From assembly GCA_965649765.1 (NCBI GenBank), contig OZ287749.1:38192001-38256000 (forward strand): 64,000 nt of DNA, given 5' to 3'. The translations under genes and the position numbers were made by a program. The stretch comes from Bispira polyomma. Taxonomy: Eukaryota. This document shows positions 24,706 to 35,893 of the stretch, piece after piece (position 1 is the first letter of the stretch; every line of letters begins with the position of its first letter). Under the pieces are notes generated by a model that saw only the letters and a program-made list of their open reading frames with translations, was not told the DNA's origin and did no database searches.

Positions 24706-25101
24706 TCATTGCCAATTTTCTGCCCAGATCTCATATGCTTTAGCCAATTTTCTCTTTTTGGGTTTAACTTTTTTTTCTGGAATTCCAGGTGGTGGTATTG
24801 TCAGTTCGCCAATTTTTGACTCTCTAACCTGATTACTGTCTAATACCTTGTTTGATGAGGGAGCTGGTGTATTAACAAGGTTCCTTTTACCACCAACCTG
24901 ATCACTGTCCAACTGGTGATTTGTCACCTCAACCTCTTTAGTATCAGCTGTAGTAGTAAAGCTGTCATCTAAATTATTTATACACACTGTCATTTTCTGG
25001 TTGCTTCTCTTTTGTAATTTCAGGCTTTGTTGTAGAAATAATTTTGCTGCTAGAAGGATTGTTTGTAAGTTCCTTGTAGCATTCATATGGTAACAAGACA
25101 A
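24706..25101 (-). CDS. Polinton hypothetical protein containing QVGG and PPGIP motifs
   Basis: Co-oriented ORF between ATPase and integrase. Confidence 0.45.
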   Translation of the reverse strand: MSCYHMNATRNLQTILLAAKLFLQQSLKLQKRSNQKMTVCINNLDDSFTTTADTKEVEVTNHQLDSDQVGGKRNLVNTPAPSSNKVLDSNQVRESKIGELTIPPPGIPEKKVKPKKRKLAKAYEIWAENWQ

Positions 25102-25107
25102 ACTTAT

Positions 25108-25425
25108 TCATGACAAAAATTTTAGCAGGTCATCTCCAGCCAGCTTTAAAAGATTCAAAATTTTTCTTTTATTGTTTTTAAAAATTTTAGAAATTTCATT
25201 CCATTTTAGATTTCGGTTATTCAGTCTTTTAATCAATCGTACATAATTCTTTATATTTTTTCTATATTTGTTCAAATGAGCTACTTTCAATATATTGATA
25301 AAAATTTCTATTAAAACCTTTGCTTGCTTTTCATTCAAGGTATCTATTAACAATTGTCCTTGTTTTTCATGACTTTGAATCAATAGTTTGATCAAACTTG
25401 AATGTTTTTTTACAATTGGACTCAT
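25108..25425 (-). CDS. Small basic Polinton conserved protein (probable homolog of 4123-4350)
   Basis: QAKVLIEIFINIL pattern resembles LLHCFIECAHNLL; K-rich. Confidence 0.5.
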   Translation of the reverse strand: MSPIVKKHSSLIKLLIQSHEKQGQLLIDTLNEKQAKVLIEIFINILKVAHLNKYRKNIKNYVRLIKRLNNRNLKWNEISKIFKNNKRKILNLLKLAGDDLLKFLS

Positions 25426-25445
25426 ATTTATATGTATTTTCTAGA

Positions 25446-25985
25446 TGATTTTTTTTACTTGCTCATGTATACCACAGTGTCCTCACTAGGTAATATATGG
25501 GTTCTAAATTTATACTCTGTTGTAGAGTGTGGTGAGAGATCAATCAGTTGATAATTGTAGTTTTCATCTGTTGCATCTCGATAAGCCTCTTCTAGTGTTT
25601 TTTCCAGCCAACTTGCTGACCAAGATATTTTATCTGATTAATATCTCGTGGGTTTTTAAACAATAACAGGTAATGACTGTTAAGGTTTATTGTTCGTAGG
25701 GTTTTTCCACGATAATATAAATTTTGAAGAATAGTAATCACACTTAAGTGATAGTGGTGACAGTAAGCTGTATATAACCTCTCTACAAATTTACTGTCAG
25801 CTACCTCTTCCTGCAGATCATCTAAAACACACCAATTGTGTGCTCCATTATTTAAAGATTCTATCTGTTTGAGATCGGGTAACCCTTTGTTAAATACTAT
25901 ATCTCCCTTTTCTTGCAGTTTCTCATAGATGGGTTGCTACACAGAATAACAATATAATGTTTTCTCTGGTGGTTTTATAAACATT
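25446..25985 (-). pseudogene. FtsK/A32-type packaging ATPase, N-terminus (Walker A) missing
   Basis: Manual translation MFIKPPEKTLYCYSV*QPIY...KGLP...CVLDDLQ (Walker B)...YCHHYHLSVITILQNLY...RTINLNSHYLLLFKNPRD. Not in the ORF track. Confidence 0.85.
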
Positions 25986-28900
25986 TAATTCTTACATTGC
26001 TAGCAGACAGACTGCATTTGGTCTTTAATACATTTTCAAATATGTCTATTGGATTTTTTAATCCTCTCTTTGAAATACCTTTGCAGGATATCTTATCTGT
26101 ACCATCCTCTTGTCTCATGATATATGTTTTTGATGACAAACAAATTGCTTTAGTAGCTCTACATTCCACCTTAAATAATGATAAAGTACGACGGTCAAAT
26201 GCAGCGTGTTTTTGACAGCACAATCTTGGAAACCAAGGTGGGATGAAATGGTCATTACAAGAGTGGTATACATGCCTTTCAAATTTATCAATAAGAGTAG
26301 GTTTAATACTGTTTTTAAGACTTGCCTGACTCAAAGCATAATAAGCACTGTCGGTATCAGTCTCTAGCATTTCAAAATCTGATCTGTCTACGTATTTATC
26401 TAAGCAGTCATAATAAAAGGACAGCAGTTTTCACTTTGCATACTGGGAGATAAAGTAACCAATCTGTATTGGTATATCTAAAGTGATTTTGTTTTTAAAT
26501 CTCTCTACCTCATACATTGTATTATTCAATTCTGTAATGTTTTTAAAGATTGGGGTATTAACCATAAGTCTTGCTTGATGATCTCCCTTGACATATTTCA
26601 CCTCTAGGTGGCGCTCTTTAGACATTATTGTTGATCCAAAGCTCGAATTATCAATGAGTTTCGACAACTCAGCCAGCATGGCCTTGGAAGCTTTATCCCC
26701 CTCTCGTCTCTTGTCACAAATTTCAAGAGAAAAGTCCTCAAAATAACGTTTTAGAACATATTCAATCACTTGATAAATATAGGACTCATTTCACCAAAAT
26801 ATTCTTGTGGAGAGAGTTTGGTAAAGGACTGGAGCTGTTTCCCATCTGTCTGGTACCTCTAAATCAACCTGCATAGCACCAAAGATTTCATCATCTTTAA
26901 CAGCTTTGATGAGTTGCTCAGTTGACAACTCTCCTTTCTGTTTGGTGTAATATCTTGGAAGGTAATGCAACCTGATATTTTCAGTGTCCTTTTTAATATA
27001 TTTTTGTTAATAACATTCTGTCATAACAATTATTTCATAACCGAGTGACTGGATAAAGTAATTTCTGACTTTTTCACGTTTTAAACAAGCCTCTGTTGCT
27101 TCATGCCATTTTTGCGATTTAATATGTTTAATCAGCCTACAGGTATGGTGGTGTGCCCAACAGCCATTGTACTCGTACACTTTATTGTGTTCCGAGTCGT
27201 ATCCATCTACTCTGTAGGGTCCTATACGATACTCCTTTCCACTGTTCAGTCCGTGCCTAATCTGTAAATTTTCTTTTTTAGCAACAAAATCGAGCTAAAT
27301 ATATTGTTCTAAGTATCTCACTGGTACCTCTCCTTTAAAATTTGACTCCTTTCTTCTTCTTACATATAGCCCAGTAGGTTGGTTTTGTCCAATAGCCCAC
27401 AAGTACAAAGCGTTTGAGTCTCTCCCGTCTATATTTTGTACTATCTTTTTTGGATTCTCTCTGATACATGTTTTGTCTACCTCGTGGTACCTTCTAAATA
27501 CGATAGATGGACCACCTACTATTCCATTTTTCATGATGTGATACATATCTCTGTTGGCCTCATCAAATAAAGAAAATCTAGATTTTGTTGAATCAAATAG
27601 AATTTTTTGTGCAATACCTGGTACTGATATAAAATTTTTAAATATATCAATTTCTCTCTCAAAGTAAAATTTTTGCATCTTTGCTATAGCAGTGCAAAAC
27701 GGTTTCACATCTAGATTATTGTACCAGACAAGAAAATCCCTGAATGAGTGCATGTCATTTTTAAGTCATATCCATTGCAATGTCTGGTAATTTTCATGAT
27801 TCTTTAAAAGATTGCATTTCTTCAGGTTTGAATAGAAAGCATCAAATGGGGGAAGTTCTGTATATTCTAATTTTTCAATACTGTCAAACCATTTGTATGG
27901 AAAATATCCTTTACACTCTGTAACCTCATAACTTCTTAGGAAATTGGAATAACTAACTCCAGGAGCTATGTAATTACTAATGTCTAAAAAGTTGAAAGAA
28001 GGTAAATTTACTGACAGGTAATTATTATTTCTTTTGATAGTGTAACTGCTCTTGTCTTCTGATTGAATCAGATGGGTTATCAGAGAACCCTTAATCAAAT
28101 TCAGATCGTATTTTCCACTATTGAAACCAAGTACGGGTAGTTGTGTAGTGTACTTGTTAAAGTCTTTCTCTAACTGATCAAATTGTATATTTACAGCTTC
28201 CTCAAAATTTTCTTTAAGTGTTTGAATTTTTTCATAACCATCACACCATCTTACTTTGGCTATTTCACTGCATTTTATTGCAATCATTTTTAGATACTCA
28301 ACCATAGATTCGAGTAGTTTATCTATGTCAACATTAATAAAACACTTTGCATTTTCAAATCCCTCCACATTTGAACAAATTGATACACTAATGGGAACGT
28401 GTTCTGATGTGAACTAAAGTCTTGAGTTTTCCCTGTCTATTGACTGTTTTACTATCATTGCTTCAAAATCATACACGGCAAAATATGGAGAATTTCTTCT
28501 TTCTGTTTCTACAATGATTTTAAAGGCATCTAGTTTTTGAAATATACTGATAGGTGGTTGGTAGTAAGTATCTTGTACGATTGCAACACATGTTCAAATG
28601 TCTCTTTAGAAGTGTTACAGTTTTAAAAAACTTTTCACATTGACTGCATTGGTATTTTTTTTACTGTACCTAGCTATATCATGAATATAGCTGAGATGGT
28701 TTTCAAACAAATAAAGATATAGTGTGTCATCATAAGTTTCCATAGATTTATACACAGTAATGACTGTTCCACTACTTTGTTTAGAGAAAATGTTTACATT
28801 AAGGTTAAAACAAGTTTCAAAATCAGGCACATTTTCAAGCTCTATTCCAGGGAAGTCACTATGGTGCTTTTGATATTTCATATGCTCACACCAGACATGG

Positions 28901-30133
28901 TAATATTCTAGGCAGCTTGTTTGAGACCGATTCTTGTGTAAAGCAAGAGCTCTAAAAGCACACAGGTTGTCTTTGTGTAGTTCACCTTTTGAGTTTTTAT
29001 CTAAAGCTATTATAGCTTTTGATTTACAAATATAATCCGGCACAGTTTGAATGCTATTGCCTAGTGGATACACTGTCTGCATTATGTTGTAATGTATATT
29101 AGTAATCATCGCTGGCACCCATTTACTACTAGGTTTTAAATTTCGAATAAATTCAGGAATATCTATCTGTTTGATTCTATGATATAAATGACTCAAATGA
29201 CTTCTCCTAGATAAATTTATCCAGAACTGGAAATAATTGTTCATTATAAAAAGGCACAAAATATCTGTAAGAGTCATCTCCCATGTTTCGTAGTATAAGA
29301 CCGAATGAGAGATTCAACTTAAATGCATTGTTTTGAGTTTCGTAAATTGCATCTAGGTGTTCAGATATTTCCACCATCCCTCCTTCTAAATTTACAGTGG
29401 GAAAATTATAAGTTGATCTTATTCTCCCCCTGATGTCACATGCTAATATGTGATTTTTATTCTGTTCATATGTATCAGCCATTTCTTCACTCTCAAATTG
29501 ATAATTATGAGGTAACACATGTCGCTGCAGACCTCTTTGACCACCAGTTTGTGAATGTTTGAATATTGTGTAAATATAGTTCCTATTTTAAAGAAAAAGT
29601 TTGATTACATTTGTTACATTTATTTCTATTTGGAGTAGAATCAATCACGATGGCTTTAAATTATCACAACTGTGACCATTTAGATCTGATACAGTTGAAA
29701 AAACAATTGAGCATTTTTTACAGCAGTATTTAGTCTTTTTGGTCATGGGTTCTGACTGCGCATCGGAGTTTTGTTGAAGTAAAGGTTTGCTGTTGTGCTT
29801 TTGACAAGATTTTAGATGAATTTTTTTAGAACAACCATCCTTAAAAATCTTTCCACACTTGTAACATTTTAGGCAAAATCTTTTATGATCTTCTTTATAT
29901 TCATGAAAATTAAACTGCATTTGACAATTTTTGCAGTCTTTAGGCCGACCACTACAACTACTTTTCTTATAACATAATCTCAGATCTCTGTAGAGTGACT
30001 GTATGTCTTGGAAAACTTTTCTGCATATATTACATTGCAAAACTTGTAATTTTAATTCTTTACAAGTGTGCAAATGTCTCAATAAATTCCTTTCTCTTTT
30101 AATGTTGGTTTGACAGTAAGGACATTTCATCAT
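25975..30133 (-). pseudogene. polB: Protein-primed family B DNA polymerase with N-terminal C2H2 zinc fingers, many lesions
   Basis: Zn fingers 29645-30133; DNLCAFRALA; ExoI VYDFEA; ExoII GFNSGKYDL; KGYFPY; ExoIII YNNLDV; GGPSIVF; motif A DSNALY; motif B KLIDNSSFG; motif C TDTDS. Confidence 0.93.
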
Positions 30134-30420
30134 TCTGTTTTGCTCTAACTAAGCTGGTGGCTAGATTGACAAAGAAGTCTACTTATATATATTAACATTG
30201 TTTAGATAATGACAGAGACAATGGTGTAAGGGTTTTATTTATAGCATGATGTAACATAAAAATGACCTCATGTATAGTTAATCATTAAAAACAAACAATA
30301 GTCATAGTATATACATGATTCATTCTGTGTTACACTCATTATCTTGTAGGGATGACATATATTTGGTTTCTTAGTCATCCGGTTTATCCGATGTGTATAA
30401 CCTTTGAGGTTATTTGAGGA

Positions 30421-30567
30421 GTTGGTCATTGTTTGTTCTGGTATGAATCAATGCTGTTTGCTAGTTGACTCTGGTTAAACAACTAGCATATGTTTTACAA
30501 GTTGGTCTTGTTTGTTCTGACATGAATCAATAATATGTGCAAGTTGACTCTACATAAATATCTAGCA
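30421..30567. repeat. Two diverged ~67-bp direct repeats with an 80-bp period
   Basis: gttggtc.ttgtttgttctg..atgaatcaat...tgc.agttgactct at 30421 and 30501. Confidence 0.75.
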
Positions 30568-30595
30568 GGTTTCCACATCCAGTATTTGACACGAC

Positions 30596-30677
30596 ACAGT
30601 CATGGCCTAGTGGTTAAAGTGTAGAGCTTTGAAGGGTACAACGTGGTTTCGAATCTGGGCCCGGTAATATTTTTTTT
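30596..30677 (+). ncRNA. tRNA-derived Pol III unit, copy A
   Basis: A box TGGCCTAGTGG (30603-30613), CTTTGAA loop, B-box-like GGTTTCGAATC, T8 terminator at 30670-30677. Confidence 0.6.
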
Positions 30678-30956
30678 ATTATTATTTTCTAGTAGTTTTG
30701 TATTCAGAATAAAAGGTCCTTTCATATTTTTACCTCTTTGCAATGCACATTAATTTACTATAGCAAATCCTTGTAAATGTGTGATGGTACCTATACCAGA
30801 AAAAACAATCATCTTTCCTATTAGTCTGTGGTTGTATATTGAATAATGAAATAGGTGTATACAATATTATAAGAATGAATGAAATATTATTATTTAAAAA
30901 TATTGCCGAATATTTCCCAACATAATATAATACCTACAAATTTACATAATAATAAT

Positions 30957-31040
30957 AAAAAAAAAAAATTACCTGACCAGGATTCAAAACCACATTGTAC
31001 ACTTCAAAGTTCCACACCTTAACCACTAGGCCATGACTGT
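30957..31040 (-). ncRNA. tRNA-derived Pol III unit, copy B (convergent with A)
   Basis: Minus strand ACAGTCATGGCCTAGTGGTTAAGGTGTGGAACTTTGAAGTGTACAATGTGGTTTTGAATCCTGGTCAGGTAA followed by T12. Confidence 0.6.
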
Positions 31041-31603
31041 TTCATGGTAATCATTGGCGCAGATATATTATTAAAATAAGATATACATTGAAATGCCACC
31101 ATATAAAGTCACTACAAACACATTACATGAGACCATTGTAATGCTGTTAAATATATGTTATTAAATTGCCAAATATATTATAATATATAGATTTTTTAAT
31201 ATGGCCAGATGAATTTTATTACCTCTTAGAATAGTAAAATCTGTACAGCAATGTAAATAGATCATTCTCTTTGGCAGCAGTAAATGAAAGCTACACTTGA
31301 AATAAATCTGCATATGTTAGAGATCCAGATTTTGTGTGCACGGTCCAATGTAAATATAATTAATCTTCTTAATGTGACATTTATAGTGACTGGTGCGATG
31401 TGTGTGAGGAGGATTGATACTGGAGTCTTAGTTGTATAGTCTGATATACAGCAGATTTTTTATAAAGCTAGCAGTTGTATAAAGGACTTACAGTTGAATA
31501 GTGCTTAGTTTAAAAACTTTTCACCAGAAAAACTAAAACTTTGATTTTTACAATTTCTTTTTTGTTATTTCATTATATTTGTTTTCTCAACAGCGATACA
31601 GTT

Positions 31604-32808
31604 ATGGGTGCATTGCTCTTGTGTGCATTACTCATAGCTTTGGGTATTACATATGGAGAAATATGTGACAAAAGGTGTTACTGTGGTACACGCTTTGTAA
31701 CCTGCATTAGTGTTATAAATCCGTCATTTAAAGGAGTAGATTCTTTAATATCAAGAGTCTACTTTGAAGATGTCTTACTACTAGATGTGTCAATTATATT
31801 TACAAACTTTCCAAGTGTAACTGAACTAAGTTTAGTAAATTTGAGAAAATTTGATTGTCGGGAGATGATGGAGATCCCAGTTAGAGTGACAGTGCACACA
31901 AATATGTGAAAACCTCAAAGCACCCCTTCAGCTGTTGGTGAGCCTACGTTAGGTTACACAATTTATGACACCACAGAAATAAAAAGAGATCAGGATACTG
32001 CAGGTACAACAAAGGGAAATCAGGATAGCACATCGCCTACAAAGGAAATTCAAGATAATTTGTTTACCACAAAGACAGATCAAGATACTACACGGAGCTC
32101 TAGGATATATGCTGATACTGTTAGTGTCAATTCTGATCCATCCATGGATGGCACTACCTCTATGCAAAATGTAACATTGGTTGATTATACAGTTCTCAAT
32201 TCAGATCTGATTAGGTTAACCACCATTAATTCTGTCTAACAAATTAGACTGAACCGTGATTTAATTATAGCCATTGTGATTGGTGTTACGTGTGTCGCAG
32301 GACTTTTGGTAGTGTTTGTGCTGGTATGGTGTAAATTAAGACAGCGACGAGCTTTGCCAAATGAAGTCACCTCTATTGAGATGATGCCAAGCTCTATTTA
32401 CACTGGACCCACATCAATAGATTTATATGAGCAAGACAGTGAAGAAGAGTAAGTTTAAAACCATATTTAGCTGTTGATTTATTTTTGATAAATCCATGAT
32501 TTAGATAAACTTAACTCAACATTAGACTGTTTGTTTAATTTGTTTGGGTTCTCTGCTTGGAGTTGATATATATCTGAGTGTAATAGTGGTGTGCATGTAT
32601 TATACAAATTTTGTTTTTGTATTTGTTTCATAGATTTTATGAAAAACCGTGTTGTCAGCATTTAGGTTGTGAGAATACCAGAGGATCTAGCAGATCATTT
32701 GATTGTATTTATGAAAGTGTTGCAAATTTAGATAACAACACTGACATTGAAGTTGATTTAGATTCAACTTTTGGGTCATTTGTTAGTACATCAGATGAAG
32801 TTTCTTAG
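31604..32808 (+). pseudogene. Spliced type I membrane protein 1 (signal peptide, Cys-capped LRR-like ectodomain, S/T/D stalk, TM, Tyr-motif tail); two in-frame stops
   Basis: One frame from 31604 to 32448 with stops at 31907 and 32237. TM LIIAIVIGVTCVAGLLVVFVLVWC followed by KLRQRR. GT-AG intron 32449-32633 joins in phase to FYEKPCC...IYESV...EVS*. AATAAA at ~32846. Confidence 0.75.
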
Positions 32809-33709
32809 GTATGTTTCTCATAATTTATTATTGATTCGTTTAAATAATAAAACAAATATAATATGCCCTACTATAGTGGTTTTCTATACTGGTAACCTCA
32901 ATGGAAACTAATCAAGGAGTCCTCATATAGTAGAGATTGAGAACCAGCCTAATCTGTCAATACACATAATACATGTGTACTAGGAAATCAATAATTGAGT
33001 GGGTCGTGTCTTTGTCTGTGTGAAAACATTGATTGCTAGAGAATGTATTTTTCTGTAACACCTAAAGTGTACATAGTTTGAAGAAATAAGCATTCAATTT
33101 TTACAATTTAATTAGAATTGTGTATTACACACAGGTCGCTGACAAAACTACTTGCAGAGAACAATTAACTGATTAAGTGTAGACCTTGTTTTTACTAAGT
33201 ATACCACAGAAGTGAAGGGTTTACATGTGACTCGTGACCACGGTAAATAATAGATGATTTAACGGTTATATCTGCAGACCTTGTTTTTATTAAGTCTGTG
33301 GTTAATATATATATACCTCAGAAGTGAAGCACATATATGGGAGCGATAATGACCTTATTGAACTTTGCCCCTTGACTCGGCAAGAACCGTCAACAAAAAG
33401 TACAATATCCAAATAAAACATGTGTGTGCGAGTGATAAAGTAGAAAATTCCATATAAGGATGTCTATCTTGTCATTGTGTTTTAGTCTGAACCTAAATTC
33501 GGTATTTTGCTCTGTTCTGGTATCTAGTACTGATTTCTAAGGTGTGGTGACAATGTGTTGTTGATAATACGTAAAAGTATTTTGAATTCGTGGATAATAG
33601 ACCAAGTTGTTTGTCTATACAACAGCATGGTTGTTGATAATCAGTAAAAAAAGTAGGATATTTGCAGATTTTTGTGTTTCAGTTAAAACCTTATAGGCTA
33701 GTATCAGTC

Positions 33710-35228
33710 ATGCATGTGTTAGTGTTTCTGTTTACCGTGTGTTTTGCTGCATGTAGCACTGCTGATTACACCTGTCGACTGATGAAAGGGGGGAAATTAT
33801 ACTGCACTGGCATGAATGATGGTGACATTGCTGTTTTCAAAAGTGCCAGTGCCCAACATATAGTGGTGTATAACAGTGACATAACTTTGGTTAATGTTTT
33901 TGAACTAGTACTAAGAATACCTTTGTTGCAAAGTATACGAGTAGATAGTCATGTGCATTGTGGTTATATCCCATTTAAAGGAGTAGAGGTAAAGGGTTGC
34001 GACTTAATTCAAGCTGGTACATAGCATAGTTAAAATATAGTTAGGTTGTTATTCATGTTTATTGTGTTTTTTCTTTTCGTTTTGACTGCAAACCTGTTAC
34101 GTTCGTGATTGTTTTATTTAGTGTTATAGTTATTTCCCTTGTTACGTAGAAACAGCTAATGCTGATAACCTTATAAATAACTTTGCTCTGTCAGGATGAA
34201 GATTAAATAAACCTAGTGATGATATTTTTGAACAACATAAACTTCTCGCATCATACCTATAGTTGGTGTCATATAGTTCACAAATCTCCAATTTGCTCTG
34301 ATAGAACTAGAACCTGCTTAAGTAGAAGTGATTGTGCTGACCCCAATTTAATTAAAGTTATTTAGGTATAGACCAGTGATAGTTAGTGACATATAGAACA
34401 CAAATCTCTATTAAACCAAAGGACTTTATTGGAATTTAAAATAACAGTTCATTGGGGCATGTTACTCACCGTATGATGTAAATGCAAGATTTTTATCTCT
34501 AGCAGCTGTTGTTAAAGAGTGTTGTGACTTATTGTGCACATTATTAAAAAGTTTATTAATACAAAATCTCTTCATCAGAGCTGAGTTCCTGGTCCTCCCT
34601 TCTGTGATGTATATGCAATACTTATATCACTGTTGTTATCACTGTTGTTGCTGTCAGCTGTTATTGAAGAGCATTGTGGTTTATTGGAGGATCCACAGCT
34701 TGCTGTTTCTTTTGACGATGACAGGTCCCAGTCAACCTGCTAAAAAAATTAATTTTAAAAAAGTTTACATATATATTTTTTTTTTGTTTTACAGTTGATG
34801 TGTCACCTAAGGAGGACACAGTTGCAGAGAGAAAGTTGGTTGATGATGAGCAAGCTTTTCGAAAGATCAGGATTTTAAAAACAGACGATGTGTCTGCTAA
34901 TACCAGGATAAATACCGATATAATAGACAAGATAGATTTGATTGAAATAAGCATACCATCTAGTTTGCTGGCGAGTTGTTTACCAATGATTGCTTTCTTA
35001 ATTTATAAATTTGGAGGGAAGTATTGTGTGAGATTTGCTAGAGCAAATCATAGGGGACGTAGAGACATGTATAATAGACTGTTAACGGATAATGAGGATG
35101 TTGAGGAAATTGAGATTACAGATTTATCTCAAACAAACAAAAAAGCTAGTGGTGATGGATTTACAACAGTTGAAATTTCACCAGTTGCAGATAAAATGGT
35201 TACCAGGTCACAGGTAATGAAAATGTAG
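33710..35228 (+). CDS. Spliced type I membrane protein 2, probable paralog of protein 1
   Basis: Signal peptide MHVLVFLFTVCFAACSTA and a Cys-containing ectodomain. Phase-1 donor at 34017 and phase-1 acceptor ttttgttttacag at 34794 join in frame to ORF 34800-35228, which has a hydrophobic stretch and acidic tail. Extra internal exons are possible. Confidence 0.6.
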
Positions 35229-35893
35229 TTCTACAGATTTGGATTTAGTGATTTAACTGCATGGGATCAGCTATGTGCTGCAAGTGTGTTCTATTTTACT
35301 AACATCTGTCAGAGGGAGAGACATGGTTTTGTTTCTCAGTCTAAAAAGTTAAAGTTTTAAGGTGTTAACAGGCATATAAGAGACATGAATTTTATATAAT
35401 ATGGAAGATTAAATGACATAAATGGATAGTTGAATATGTCTTAGAATAATAAGGAAAAAATAAATATTTTGAAAGATAGAAAGTTTAATACTGGTGAAAA
35501 AGGATATACACAAGTAGTAAATAAAGCCTTATAAGGAATAATAATAGATTAATTAAATCAAGTGTGTAAAGATACATAGGGCTAACCAAAGTGTGGAGAC
35601 TGGACAAGCTATTTAATGACATGTTGTGAATAATATAAACTGCAGAAGAAACATTCAGCACAGAGAACTGTCAAAGTATTAGGTCATTGGAGTGCACTGC
35701 AGAGAAACAAGTTATAATGTTTTGGGAAGGCAGGGTAATGAATGACATGTTGTGATTTCTATGAATAATAGCGGAAGACCCAGTACAGCCAAATAATCTT
35801 TTTTAGAACTGTCAAAGAATTAGGTCATTGAAGTGTAGTGCAGAAAAAAAAGCAAAATATAGTGTTTGGTTATTAAAATGATTGGTTATTAAA

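Noticed and set aside
30596-31040. Functional tRNA-Gln(TTG) genes
   Set aside because: Acceptor, anticodon and T stems do not pair properly; kept only as tRNA-derived Pol III units.
34532-34798. Cys-rich ORF or extra exon of membrane gene 2
   Set aside because: The candidate exon at ~34658-34724 has incompatible splice phases; unsupported.
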